Program-made: the position numbers and the translations under genes
Source of the DNA: an uncultured virus (IMG/VR IMGVR_UViG_3300037067_013648)
Lineage: Duplodnaviria; Heunggongvirae; Uroviricota; Caudoviricetes
Reading direction: 5' to 3' (one strand)
DNA: 63,712 nucleotides
Virus record (IMG/VR): IMGVR_UViG_3300037067_013648
Notes under the pieces: model-generated
Seen by the model: only the letters and a program-made list of their open reading frames with translations
Told to the model about the DNA's origin: nothing
Database searches by the model: none
Part shown: piece by piece, positions 50,925-60,186 of the stretch
Layout: each line of letters opens with the position of its first letter
How positions within the stretch are numbered: the first letter of the stretch is position 1

Positions 50925-51344
50925 ATGTCAAAAACTAGAAGAGTAGGTGAACCAAAAGATATTAATGATGTTTTTAATGAGTCAAATTCAGAATTGATTG
51001 GCAATTTAATGAAGGGGATTCATCTTGATGGTGGTGGTAAACTTACTTATTATAAAGATAGAGCCAAAGTAATTATTAATGCTATACAATTTTCTGCTCT
51101 TGATTCCAATAATAAAGTTAATATAGAAGAAATAACTAATAATGTTGCTAAAGTATTACATTGTTTTGATTATGAACGCTTAACTGCTGTTAGATCATCA
51201 ATGCTTAAGAGAAGTGTTCTCTTAAAATTAAGATTTAATAACAATGGGAAAAATGTTGATCTAAATTATTACGAATTAACTTTAAAAGAAGCTTTAAATG
51301 AAACTAAAAATCATTCTAAAAAATTATTAAATAGTATTTCTTAA
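50925..51344 (+). CDS. hypothetical protein
   Basis: AAGGA RBS. Confidence 0.6.
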   Translation: MSKTRRVGEPKDINDVFNESNSELIGNLMKGIHLDGGGKLTYYKDRAKVIINAIQFSALDSNNKVNIEEITNNVAKVLHCFDYERLTAVRSSMLKRSVLLKLRFNNNGKNVDLNYYELTLKEALNETKNHSKKLLNSIS

Positions 51345-51363
51345 TATAACAACAAGGACACCA

Positions 51364-51852
51364 ATGCAAAATTTAATATTTTGGTACACTGGACTTATAA
51401 TTTGGATAGTTATAGCATGTAGTGTTGCATTATGTACATTAATAGCAATAATTATTGCTATATCTAAAATATATTATGCGACACTTAAGTGGAATGCTAT
51501 ATGGAAGTTCATTTATATAACAGAAGAAGAAAGAAGTGCATTATTTAATTCTGTTCATAAAGCAGGAATAAATAAAGAAGAATGGAACAAATTCTTAAGA
51601 TTAATATCAATACATAAAGCTAATTTAGCAACAATGTCTAAAGGACCAATATTACATATTGAAATGGATAATTGGTATGAATTAAATGATGGAACTATTG
51701 GCAAAATAGTGCGAGCATCACTTTTAGATTTAAACACTTTTACACAGTATGAAATGAGAACAAAACACAACGAATTAATAACAATAAAAGCAGATGGAGT
51801 ACTACTAAATAATCCTACTATTCGTGTAATCAAAAAAGTTAACGTTCTATAA
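51364..51852 (+). CDS. membrane-anchored hypothetical protein
   Basis: N-terminal TM segment. Confidence 0.6.
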   Translation: MQNLIFWYTGLIIWIVIACSVALCTLIAIIIAISKIYYATLKWNAIWKFIYITEEERSALFNSVHKAGINKEEWNKFLRLISIHKANLATMSKGPILHIEMDNWYELNDGTIGKIVRASLLDLNTFTQYEMRTKHNELITIKADGVLLNNPTIRVIKKVNVL

Positions 51853-51863
51853 CAAGGAAGCAT

Positions 51864-52085
51864 ATGCGTAAAAAATTACCAGTCACCATATCAATATCTG
51901 GTCCAATTGGATCATGTAAGACAGCTATAGCAAAACGAATAATGAAATCGTTATTAAAATTAGGGATTGACATACCAATAAATGACTTCTGTATAAATGA
52001 TATATCAAATAAAGAAGCCAAAAAGATTCTTATAGAGAATAGCAGAAAAATCAATTTAAAAATTGAAATAACCAATACAAAATGA
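51864..52085 (+). CDS. small protein with P-loop-like motif
   Basis: ISGPIGSCKT. Confidence 0.5.
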   Translation: MRKKLPVTISISGPIGSCKTAIAKRIMKSLLKLGIDIPINDFCINDISNKEAKKILIENSRKINLKIEITNTK

Positions 52086-52462
52086 ATTTGAAATACGAAG
52101 AATGGATCAATAATTGGAATATAAATAATGATCCATATGGAAAATGTTCAGAAGTCACTCTGGAAATGCAAAAAATATTTCCAGAATTAATACGCGTTCG
52201 TGGTCATTATTGGGATGCGATATGGGGAGAAAGAGAACATTGGTGGCTTATTGATCCTAGTGGAGAAACTATAGATCCAACTAGTAAACAATTTCCAACC
52301 AAAGGACATGGAGAATATATTCAATGGAATGAAGGAGATCCAGAACCAACTGGAATATGTCCTAATTGTGGTGATCATTGTTATCATGGTAATTATTGCT
52401 GCTCAGAAAAATGCAATATTGAATTTGCTGCGTCAATGGGTATTTCATACAATAAAGGTTAA
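52082..52462 (+). CDS. hypothetical protein, possible transglutaminase-like C-H-D triad + Zn finger
   Basis: GKC...EHWWL...IDPT; CPNC...CC..C. Confidence 0.55.
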   Translation: MNLKYEEWINNWNINNDPYGKCSEVTLEMQKIFPELIRVRGHYWDAIWGEREHWWLIDPSGETIDPTSKQFPTKGHGEYIQWNEGDPEPTGICPNCGDHCYHGNYCCSEKCNIEFAASMGISYNKG

Positions 52463-52464
52463 AT

Positions 52465-52692
52465 ATGAGTATTGATAAACATATCAACGAAGCAATTAAA
52501 TTAATAGGTGATGATACTGTTAATGGTATTCAGGACATGAAATTTGAAGATTTAATAAGATTACATCATAATATTGGCAGAAAAATCAGAAACGGACTTA
52601 AGCTATGGATGATTGACCTAAATGGAGAACATCCAGACAATTATTCTCAAAAAATAATTGAAGAAATATGGAAAATTAAAAATGTCAAATAA
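52465..52692 (+). CDS. hypothetical protein (DUF6794-like)
   Basis: LHHNIGRKIRN..KLW...HPDNYSQKII. Confidence 0.5.
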   Translation: MSIDKHINEAIKLIGDDTVNGIQDMKFEDLIRLHHNIGRKIRNGLKLWMIDLNGEHPDNYSQKIIEEIWKIKNVK

Positions 52693-52885
52693 TATAGAAA
52701 ACTCTTTAAAAGAATTAATGGAATATCATTATCCAAATAAATGTGAAACATGTCAATATTATGTAGAAAAAGATGAAATATGTATAGGTAATGTTGCAGT
52801 TTCAATACATGTTAATAAAGAATATACATGCAAGCATCATGAATTAAAAATTAATAATCAAAATGAAGGTGAACCACCGTTTTAA
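52658..52885 (+). CDS. hypothetical protein
   Basis: ORF track. Confidence 0.5.
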   Translation: MKKYGKLKMSNNIENSLKELMEYHYPNKCETCQYYVEKDEICIGNVAVSIHVNKEYTCKHHELKINNQNEGEPPF

Positions 52886-52890
52886 TTAAT

Positions 52891-53208
52891 ATGAATAAAT
52901 TAAAAATGCATATAGTGATCAGACCAGATATATCAATAGAAGCAGCTATAATAGCTGTATCGCATGCATCATTAGGGACTTATTTAACATTCGAAAAAGA
53001 CGAAGTAATGCAAAATTGGAAAAATAATTCATTTGTAAAAATAATTCATAAAGCAATTAACCGTGAACAATTTATATCGTGTCGTAATATAGGACCACAT
53101 CGCGTATTCACAGAAAGTACACTTGATAACTTAGAAGTAAGTGTTGGATTTAAACCAATGATAATTGATAGTTATAAATTTAAAGATATACCATTATGGA
53201 TATTATAA
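52891..53208 (+). CDS. peptidyl-tRNA hydrolase type 2-like
   Basis: KMHIVIRPDI..AVSHAS...W...FVKII...VSVGFKP. Confidence 0.7.
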   Translation: MNKLKMHIVIRPDISIEAAIIAVSHASLGTYLTFEKDEVMQNWKNNSFVKIIHKAINREQFISCRNIGPHRVFTESTLDNLEVSVGFKPMIIDSYKFKDIPLWIL

Positions 53209-53489
53209 ATATTGATTATGAATGGCTTATTTCAGAACTGGAAAAGAAGATTGTTGAAGGAGTAAAAATAGAAAGAAGATTTCATTTACAACGTGAAATT
53301 AAAGGCTTAATTAAAAAATCAACAATTGAATATGATCTTGAAGATATTTATAAAATAATGATAATAATATGTGAATTATCGCCAAAATTTAAAATAATTT
53401 GTACTAAACATGATATAGTAGATGATCAACCAATGACAGCAATTGGTATGAAACATTATATTAAATGGAAATATGGTAAAAATGTATAA
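53196..53489 (+). CDS. hypothetical protein
   Basis: ORF track. Confidence 0.55.
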   Translation: MDIINIDYEWLISELEKKIVEGVKIERRFHLQREIKGLIKKSTIEYDLEDIYKIMIIICELSPKFKIICTKHDIVDDQPMTAIGMKHYIKWKYGKNV

Positions 53490-53527
53490 AATTATTAACT
53501 TTTAAATGATTAGCTTTATAAAATAAT

Positions 53528-53755
53528 ATGACTCTAAATCAAATAATCGTATTAACACAACTTTATATCTTTCCTGATTATCATCGTAGCCAAAAACAAC
53601 AATGGGAATTTAATGCTATAAGTGATCTTCTTAAGAACGATTTTATTGTAAAAAACGATCTTAGTAAAGAATATGATATAACCGATAAGGGTAAATGTTT
53701 TATTGAACATCTTAATAATTTACCCCATCCAGTCAGATCTTGGAAAATACCATAA
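53528..53755 (+). CDS. small winged-helix-like protein
   Basis: YDITDKGKCFI end. Confidence 0.55.
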   Translation: MTLNQIIVLTQLYIFPDYHRSQKQQWEFNAISDLLKNDFIVKNDLSKEYDITDKGKCFIEHLNNLPHPVRSWKIP

Positions 53756-53799
53756 TGTCTGATCTTAATACTTTAGGATAGACAAAAGAAAGACTAACA

Positions 53800-54441
53800 A
53801 TGAAAAAGCAATGTTCTTGGCGTAACGATGATGGAGTTTGGAAAACCGAATGTGGTTTAACATTGAATAATATTAGTGATAATCTTAAAGATAATAATAT
53901 TAATTTTTGTCCAAAATGTGGTCTAAAAATAAGTGAAATGTTTCCAAAACAAATCGAAGATAAAATTGATAATTGTAAAATATGTGATATGTGCAGTGAT
54001 AAAGGAAAAATCTATCGTGATAACGATGGATGGTTTAAACCAACACATTGCGATTGTTGTGGAAAAATTGGACCACAACTTGATGCAGATATATTAAATG
54101 TAAACGAAATAGAACGTAATAAAGGATTTTGGTTTAATAGGGTAGAGTTTAGTATCCATGAACAAGCTTATTATGAAGTTTGGGCTGATCAAAATCGTCC
54201 TCGTCCAGGACTAAATGGTACAATCTCAATGGTTCAATTATTAATTTCCAGAGTAATTCAAAACAAAATGTTTTCTGTTTATGGCTTGAAATCAATTCCA
54301 GAAAATGAAGTTGCTACTGAACGAGATTATAAAGTTGCTGCAACTATTATCCAATTTCTTGGAACTAATGGTGGACGATTCTTCCTTGATGAAGTAAAGA
54401 AAAAAATTAAAGAACTTGAGAAAATTAAAGATATTAAATGA
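53800..54441 (+). CDS. Cys-rich hypothetical protein
   Basis: Multiple CxxC motifs. Confidence 0.6.
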   Translation: MKKQCSWRNDDGVWKTECGLTLNNISDNLKDNNINFCPKCGLKISEMFPKQIEDKIDNCKICDMCSDKGKIYRDNDGWFKPTHCDCCGKIGPQLDADILNVNEIERNKGFWFNRVEFSIHEQAYYEVWADQNRPRPGLNGTISMVQLLISRVIQNKMFSVYGLKSIPENEVATERDYKVAATIIQFLGTNGGRFFLDEVKKKIKELEKIKDIK

Positions 54442-54466
54442 CTTAATATTTGTAATATAAAATAGT

Positions 54467-54817
54467 ATGAAAAATACTTTTATGAAAAAACAGATGAAGA
54501 AACTCACTCCTGCCCGTCGTGCAGAAGTTAAGAACAGAAGCTTGCAACTGCAGCTTTGTAGTAAACTTGTCAGTCTTCGCGAAGGTATGGGTATAACGCA
54601 AAAGCAAGTTGCTAAAAAGATGTATGTTACGCAACCAGTTATTTCTCAGATAGAACAAGGTCAAAATATAACTGTATTAACATTAATTAAATATTTAAAA
54701 GCTATAAATTGTGGACTATCTATAAAAATAATAACTGATAAGCCATTCAAAATAATCGATAATGGTAAAGTAATATTCGAAATGAATTTACTTAATCAAT
54801 CTTATATAACTGTATGA
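54467..54817 (+). CDS. XRE-family HTH protein
   Basis: LREGMGITQKQVAKKMYVTQPVISQIEQG. Confidence 0.85.
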   Translation: MKNTFMKKQMKKLTPARRAEVKNRSLQLQLCSKLVSLREGMGITQKQVAKKMYVTQPVISQIEQGQNITVLTLIKYLKAINCGLSIKIITDKPFKIIDNGKVIFEMNLLNQSYITV

Positions 54818-54984
54818 AATATGAACTAAATTTGGGAGAAAAACCTATTCAAATTTTGATTTGGCGTATATGGCCTGGATTTGGGTGGTGGTGTCATTCA
54901 AGATTTGGGTGGTCATTATTTTACAGTACAGCATTTTATAAGGTTGTTAATTATGCTATTAAACAGTCTACAAAAGTTGCATAG
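54814..54984 (+). CDS. 56-aa Trp-rich protein (not in ORF track)
   Basis: ATGA overlap with XRE stop; MKYELNLGEKPIQILIWRIWPGFGWWCHSRFGWSLF... Confidence 0.45.
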   Translation: MKYELNLGEKPIQILIWRIWPGFGWWCHSRFGWSLFYSTAFYKVVNYAIKQSTKVA

Positions 54985-55027
54985 ATGAAATACCTAACCA
55001 TTAAACTTTCATCAGAAGGAAATAAAC

Positions 55028-55390
55028 ATGGCAGTTGAAGATATACGTAACATATTTGGATGCTGTCATGGATCATCAGTAATTGAGTGTTCATGTGGAC
55101 GTACCAATTATTGTGATAGTGAAAATATGGATGAAGGCGAATTTGAAAAATTAGAAGCCGAATAGAAAAATAATCCTCAATGGTATTGTTGTCATAATGG
55201 TGACGATTCGGTTGTAGCCTGTGGATTTAATGGTGGAAATTATGTGTTTGGTTGTGATTGCAAATGGGAAGAAAAATTAGAAAAATTATTGATAACCCAT
55301 CAAACAGAATTTGTTACTTATTATAAAAATAAAATTGCTCGTGATCTTAAGAAAGCACAAGAATCAATTGCTAACTTAGCAGAATTATAA
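55028..55390 (+). pseudogene. 120-codon Cys-rich ORF interrupted by one in-frame TAG (55163-55165)
   Basis: AAGGA RBS, ATG 55028; frame continues 74 codons past TAG to TAA 55390, overlapping next ATG. Confidence 0.65.
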
Positions 55391-55614
55391 TGTATCATGA
55401 TTTAAATTATGAAGAGATAATTTTAGAAGCTAGAAATATTATTCAAGAACGAAGAGTAGGATCTATACGTGAAAGTATTTTTTCAGCTTTTGAAGAAAAA
55501 ATATTTAAACCTAAAGGTATTAAAGCACATGAGTCAGAACAAATTATAAAAATAATATGTGCACTAGATGAAACTATAAAAACAGTAGTAACATTAAATA
55601 AATATGGTATTTGA
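55390..55614 (+). CDS. hypothetical protein
   Basis: ORF track. Confidence 0.55.
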   Translation: MYHDLNYEEIILEARNIIQERRVGSIRESIFSAFEEKIFKPKGIKAHESEQIIKIICALDETIKTVVTLNKYGI

Positions 55615-55630
55615 ATAAAGTACATATTAT

Positions 55631-55861
55631 ATGAACATCATAGAAGAAACTATCGAAATACTAAACAGTTTAAAAAGTATTAGAAATTCATTTATAAATG
55701 AACAAGAAAATTTGAATATCAGAAAAATTAATATTAAAAGACTATATGAAGAGGATATATCATTGATCAACAATCTAATAAATAAAAACAATATCAGTAT
55801 CAAAGAAATAGAAGAAACAATAGTTGAAACTGAAGAATTGCTTAAAAACCTAAAAAATTAA
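55631..55861 (+). CDS. coiled-coil hypothetical protein
   Basis: ORF track. Confidence 0.55.
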   Translation: MNIIEETIEILNSLKSIRNSFINEQENLNIRKINIKRLYEEDISLINNLINKNNISIKEIEETIVETEELLKNLKN

Positions 55862-55866
55862 TAAAT

Positions 55867-56187
55867 ATGATTGAACTGCAACTTGATTTTGAATTATTAT
55901 TAGAAGATATTAAAAATGATACAGAATTTCAAAAATATAAATATCTAGACCTGCTAATTTATAAATATGTAACCAAACAATTATTAAAAGAACAACCATT
56001 TTATCGAACATTTAACGAAAAATTAAAAATATATCAATACAATAACGAATTAATAACACAATATAAAGAGATTTTAAAAAATTTAGATCAAGAATTTTTT
56101 AATAATATTGAAAAACAAAGTGTAATACCAATAAATGACAAAAATGAAATAAGATGCGATCTTACAAAGCTCTTTAGTATAACCTGA
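55867..56187 (+). CDS. hypothetical protein
   Basis: ORF track. Confidence 0.55.
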   Translation: MIELQLDFELLLEDIKNDTEFQKYKYLDLLIYKYVTKQLLKEQPFYRTFNEKLKIYQYNNELITQYKEILKNLDQEFFNNIEKQSVIPINDKNEIRCDLTKLFSIT

Positions 56188-56192
56188 ACTAT

Positions 56193-56543
56193 ATGAACAT
56201 ATCTTCACATGATTTAGATTATGAAAAATTAATAGAATTATTAAAATGTATAGATTATTATGGTTTAAATATATCAAACATTATTGATATATATTGTGTA
56301 TTAAATTATAAAATACCAGCAACCGGAATAATAGTAAAAGAAAGTATAAAAATATTACATGGTTTAGATAAAAAACAATTTAAAAAAATATTTAATGAAT
56401 TTGATATATTATATACAAGATCTAGGAAATCATACTACCAAAAAAGAGACAAAAAGATTATAGAGGCATATACTAAAGTAGGAATAACAAATTTAGATAA
56501 AAGAATGTACCCGTTTTACAATTTAAATAACGAATCTAGATAA
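56193..56543 (+). CDS. hypothetical protein
   Basis: ORF track. Confidence 0.55.
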   Translation: MNISSHDLDYEKLIELLKCIDYYGLNISNIIDIYCVLNYKIPATGIIVKESIKILHGLDKKQFKKIFNEFDILYTRSRKSYYQKRDKKIIEAYTKVGITNLDKRMYPFYNLNNESR

Positions 56544-56569
56544 AAGAATGTATTCATTTTATAATTTAA
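56494..56569 (+). repeat. 33-bp imperfect direct repeat, period 43
   Basis: TAGATAAAAGAATGTAcccgTTTTAcAATTTAA vs TAGATAAAAGAATGTAttcaTTTTAtAATTTAA. Confidence 0.8.
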
Positions 56570-57083
56570 CTAACCAGCTACTATCACAATAAATCTTTTT
56601 AATTTTAAATAATTCATCAACAGCTTTAGTAACACCAATATGTTTAGTGCCATAATCGTGCCCACCAATAAAACCATTCGGCTTAATCTTATTTTTCCAT
56701 AAATTAATATCATTAATAACAGAATCGTAATTATGGTTAGCATCAATATAAACAAAATCAACTAATTCATCAACTTTTAAAATAGCATTAGTACTAAAAT
56801 CTTTAAGCTTAACAACATTATTAAACTTAGAAATAACTTTATCAAATTCTTTTTCAGCTAATTTTAAATCACTGTTACTAGCTAAATCATTGTCATCATA
56901 ACCACTAACCCATGGATCAATAGCATAAAATTTTGAAATTTTACCACTATTAAGAAAAATATTAGTAGACTCACCAGCATAACATCCAATCTCTACCATC
57001 GAAAATTTATTGGGAAGATCATTAACCAAATTTTTTAAACCATTAACAGTACGAACACTGAAACGCATTTTTATAATCGACAT
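56559..57083 (-). CDS. class I SAM methyltransferase (Methyltransf_24-like)
   Basis: MVEIGCYAGES, IDPW, FVYIDANH, GGHDY. Confidence 0.88.
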   Translation of the reverse strand: MSIIKMRFSVRTVNGLKNLVNDLPNKFSMVEIGCYAGESTNIFLNSGKISKFYAIDPWVSGYDDNDLASNSDLKLAEKEFDKVISKFNNVVKLKDFSTNAILKVDELVDFVYIDANHNYDSVINDINLWKNKIKPNGFIGGHDYGTKHIGVTKAVDELFKIKKIYCDSSWLVKL

Positions 57084-57367
57084 GGCGAATTAGATACAAT
57101 AGTTTCAAGTTTACTAACACTACCATTCTCAATTATTTTCTTATCCTCATAAGGACCACAAATCATCCTATAAAATTCTAATTTACAACATTCAAGCATA
57201 CCAATAACCTCATTAATATTAGAGTATTTCAATCCCTTCTTATCAAGATAAGAATGAATAATTAATGATATAGCATAATTAAGATCACCAGCACAAACAG
57301 CATCATTAGCAATATTTTTAGCTGATGCCTCAAACTTTATCCTGTCATCCTGCTTAATATATGGCAT
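57071..57367 (-). CDS. conserved phage protein (DUF6899-like)
   Basis: MPYIKQ..R, GDLNY, IGMLECCKLEFYR, PYEDKKI.ENG. Confidence 0.65.
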   Translation of the reverse strand: MPYIKQDDRIKFEASAKNIANDAVCAGDLNYAISLIIHSYLDKKGLKYSNINEVIGMLECCKLEFYRMICGPYEDKKIIENGSVSKLETIVSNSPCRL

Positions 57368-57370
57368 ACT

Positions 57371-58078
57371 TTAATTACTTTTATTTAAAACCTTGCCAAG
57401 ATATTTCTGAACATTTACATTTTCAATACAATAAGAACAAATATCAAAATGTCCAAATTTGACATTATTGAACTTATTTAAAAAACCAACTTCAACTTTA
57501 GATTTAAAACTAGAAACATCTAAATTGTATCTTTTTTCAATTTCAAAAATTTCACCACATACTGATATCTCATCTCCAAGCAATGATAAAAATTGGCAAA
57601 CACATTCACCAGGAACAGAATCAATAACCTTATCTTTTGGCCAAGGATAAAACTTGTCTTTATTCTTTAATTTAAATTTAACTCCAAACTCAATGCATTT
57701 TTGTTTAATTTCCATAATATTATCAATATCTGATTCCCTATATAACGATATTATTAGTTTATTAATATTTTTTAATATATTATCATTTATTGGTCTGGTA
57801 CCATTGCTAAATAAAGTAATAGTTTTAATCATTCCTTTATATTCTTTAAATAATTCTAAACAAGGCTCCAAATCTTTCCAAATAGTTGGTTCGCCACCAC
57901 TTATTATTAATTCTTTAATATTATAATCACTCAATTTATTTATATCTAATAATTGTTTAACTTGATCAATACTTATTTGATATTTTTTATCATTATTTCT
58001 CCATGATCCTTGTCCACAATGTTCACAAGATAATGTACAGGCTGATATGACGTTTAGTATTAAATTATACCATTGCAT
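57371..58078 (-). CDS. radical SAM protein with C-terminal Cys cluster
   Basis: CTLSCEHC, ISGGEP, FSNG; extra Cys (ECVC, C, CSYC). Confidence 0.85.
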   Translation of the reverse strand: MQWYNLILNVISACTLSCEHCGQGSWRNNDKKYQISIDQVKQLLDINKLSDYNIKELIISGGEPTIWKDLEPCLELFKEYKGMIKTITLFSNGTRPINDNILKNINKLIISLYRESDIDNIMEIKQKCIEFGVKFKLKNKDKFYPWPKDKVIDSVPGECVCQFLSLLGDEISVCGEIFEIEKRYNLDVSSFKSKVEVGFLNKFNNVKFGHFDICSYCIENVNVQKYLGKVLNKSN

Positions 58079-58105
58079 ATATGTATATTTGTGTTATAAA
58101 ATAAT

Positions 58106-58477
58106 ATGGTAATAGAAGTCAATATAACCAAATCATATATCTGTACAATATGTGGATATTCTAAAACTATATCTGATAATGAAAAAGCTCCAACTATATG
58201 TCCAGCATGTAACGATGGCCATGTAAAATCATGGATACCAAAACAAGAATTTCCAAAACATGTTAAAATTTCTATGGTTGCTAATTTTATTTTAAATAAA
58301 GCAATTTGCACAAATGGTAATATTTTTTTTGCAAATGGTAAGGGGTTTTGTCTTTTGTGTAATTCTCATTCTAGATCTTTCAATGACACTGATCGTAAAG
58401 CTTTACTTGATTATTTAGCTAATAAAGGATATCCTAATAGTGTAATAGATAAAAATTTTCTTTTTTTGAAAAAGTAA
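58106..58477 (+). CDS. rubredoxin-like Zn-ribbon protein
   Basis: YICTICGY...CPAC. Confidence 0.6.
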   Translation: MVIEVNITKSYICTICGYSKTISDNEKAPTICPACNDGHVKSWIPKQEFPKHVKISMVANFILNKAICTNGNIFFANGKGFCLLCNSHSRSFNDTDRKALLDYLANKGYPNSVIDKNFLFLKK

Positions 58478-58510
58478 TTTATTATTATAATTGACTTGTT
58501 ATAAATTATT

Positions 58511-58705
58511 ATGAAGTTTTATAAAACACGACTTTGTATTTTTTGGCTTATTATAGGATTAATAGCAGGGTTTATTATTTATAATATAGCTAAAGAATTT
58601 CGTCAATTATATTTCATAATATTATTTAGTGAACTAATAGTAATAAGTATAATTATAGCTTTATGGTTAATCTACCCTTGTAATAAAAAGAATAAAAATG
58701 AGTAA
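58511..58705 (+). CDS. small two-TM membrane protein
   Basis: Two hydrophobic segments; class A motif 5 nt before ATG. Confidence 0.6.
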   Translation: MKFYKTRLCIFWLIIGLIAGFIIYNIAKEFRQLYFIILFSELIVISIIIALWLIYPCNKKNKNE

Positions 58706-58728
58706 ACCAATATCAAAAGAAGGATAAT

Positions 58729-59259
58729 ATGTACATTGAACAAGCATCTGTTTTTATTAAAGAAATTTTAGATTCTCAAATAAAGAATTCTACTAATTGT
58801 CATATTGATTATCCGTTAAATAATTGGGAACTTGATTTTATAGCTACAATTTGCCGTATTGGAGCGTCTGGTAAAATAACTGAATTAACTGATGCTCAAG
58901 CAAATAGTTTGATGTCAACTTATTTTAGACATATATTACTTAGAAAATGTCAAACTGTTATAAGGGCAAGTGAATATAAATGTGAATCTTGTGTTAATGG
59001 AATTATTAAAGATAAAACTGGACCAGTTAGATGTAAAGAATGTGATGGTTATGGTTATTTTAAGGAAAATAAAAATGGCTATATTAAACATAAAGAAAAT
59101 TGTAATCATGGTTTTATTACAGATAAAGATGGTGATCATACTTGTCCTAAGACGGTTATACAGGAAGGCCAAGTCAAAACCGGTGGATCAAATAAAACAA
59201 ATCCTCCGCCGCGTCCACCGCAAAGCCCTCCAGGAAATCAACAAAAGCCATCCAAGTAA
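58729..59259 (+). CDS. hypothetical protein with DnaJ-type CxxCxGxG finger
   Basis: CESC..G...CKECDGYG. Confidence 0.55.
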   Translation: MYIEQASVFIKEILDSQIKNSTNCHIDYPLNNWELDFIATICRIGASGKITELTDAQANSLMSTYFRHILLRKCQTVIRASEYKCESCVNGIIKDKTGPVRCKECDGYGYFKENKNGYIKHKENCNHGFITDKDGDHTCPKTVIQEGQVKTGGSNKTNPPPRPPQSPPGNQQKPSK

Positions 59260-59340
59260 TGATGAATAATATCAATCAGGAAACTTTATAACATGGTATT
59301 ATAACAAAAATATCAATAAAAAAGCGAAAGAACAACCAAT

Positions 59341-59589
59341 ATGAAAGTAGAATATCCAAAAACAGAATGGAAGCCGTTTACACAACTACCAAATTCAAAT
59401 GATGAAACAATAGGCCCATCTGGAAGTAATCTATGGATATGGAGAAAGAAAGATAATATAATTTACGATTATATAAATTGGAATAATTGGTCAACAAAAG
59501 ATTATCAAAAAGAATACATATTAAATGGAGATATGTGGACTTATGCAATTAAACCATTACCACCAAAAATAGATAAGGATAACCAATGA
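59341..59589 (+). CDS. hypothetical protein
   Basis: ORF track. Confidence 0.55.
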   Translation: MKVEYPKTEWKPFTQLPNSNDETIGPSGSNLWIWRKKDNIIYDYINWNNWSTKDYQKEYILNGDMWTYAIKPLPPKIDKDNQ

Positions 59590-59664
59590 AAGTAAGTGAA
59601 GCAAAAATGGCTGATAAATTGTTTAGAATTACACAATAGTATTTAAAAATTAAGAGAATAAACC

Positions 59665-60135
59665 ATGGGCAGCATGTCTAGTCCTGTTCGTAAAATTGAT
59701 AACATGGATTTTAAGCCAATTCCAGATTGGTTAAAAATTGAAGGCAAAATTTTTAAATCACATGGAACTATTGTAATATTAGGTAAAAAAGGTGGACTTT
59801 ATACCAATTGTATTCCATTAAACAGAAAAGTATATTGTAGTGGTATTAATACTTGGGCAGTTGAAATTTTTGAAGCATTAAAAAGCTTCGGTCTTTTAAC
59901 CAAAGAAGAAACTGATATTCATGCTGATTATTTAAATAGGAAGCTTGAACAAAATAGAATATCGTCAATGATGTACAATATTCATAATGTTTCAGATGGA
60001 ACCAACCCTGCTTTGTCAGTTAATTATGATACATGGCTTGAACTATGGAACAAACTTGATTATTACCATCAGAAAGACAATATTAAATATAAGCCTGCTA
60101 ACGGAAAGATGAAGCGTAAACCTAGATTATATTAA
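59665..60135 (+). CDS. hypothetical protein
   Basis: ORF track; class B motif at 59638. Confidence 0.6.
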   Translation: MGSMSSPVRKIDNMDFKPIPDWLKIEGKIFKSHGTIVILGKKGGLYTNCIPLNRKVYCSGINTWAVEIFEALKSFGLLTKEETDIHADYLNRKLEQNRISSMMYNIHNVSDGTNPALSVNYDTWLELWNKLDYYHQKDNIKYKPANGKMKRKPRLY

Positions 60136-60186
60136 TTTAATAATTTTTATTGTTATAAAATATGTGAATAATAAGGACATTCAATT

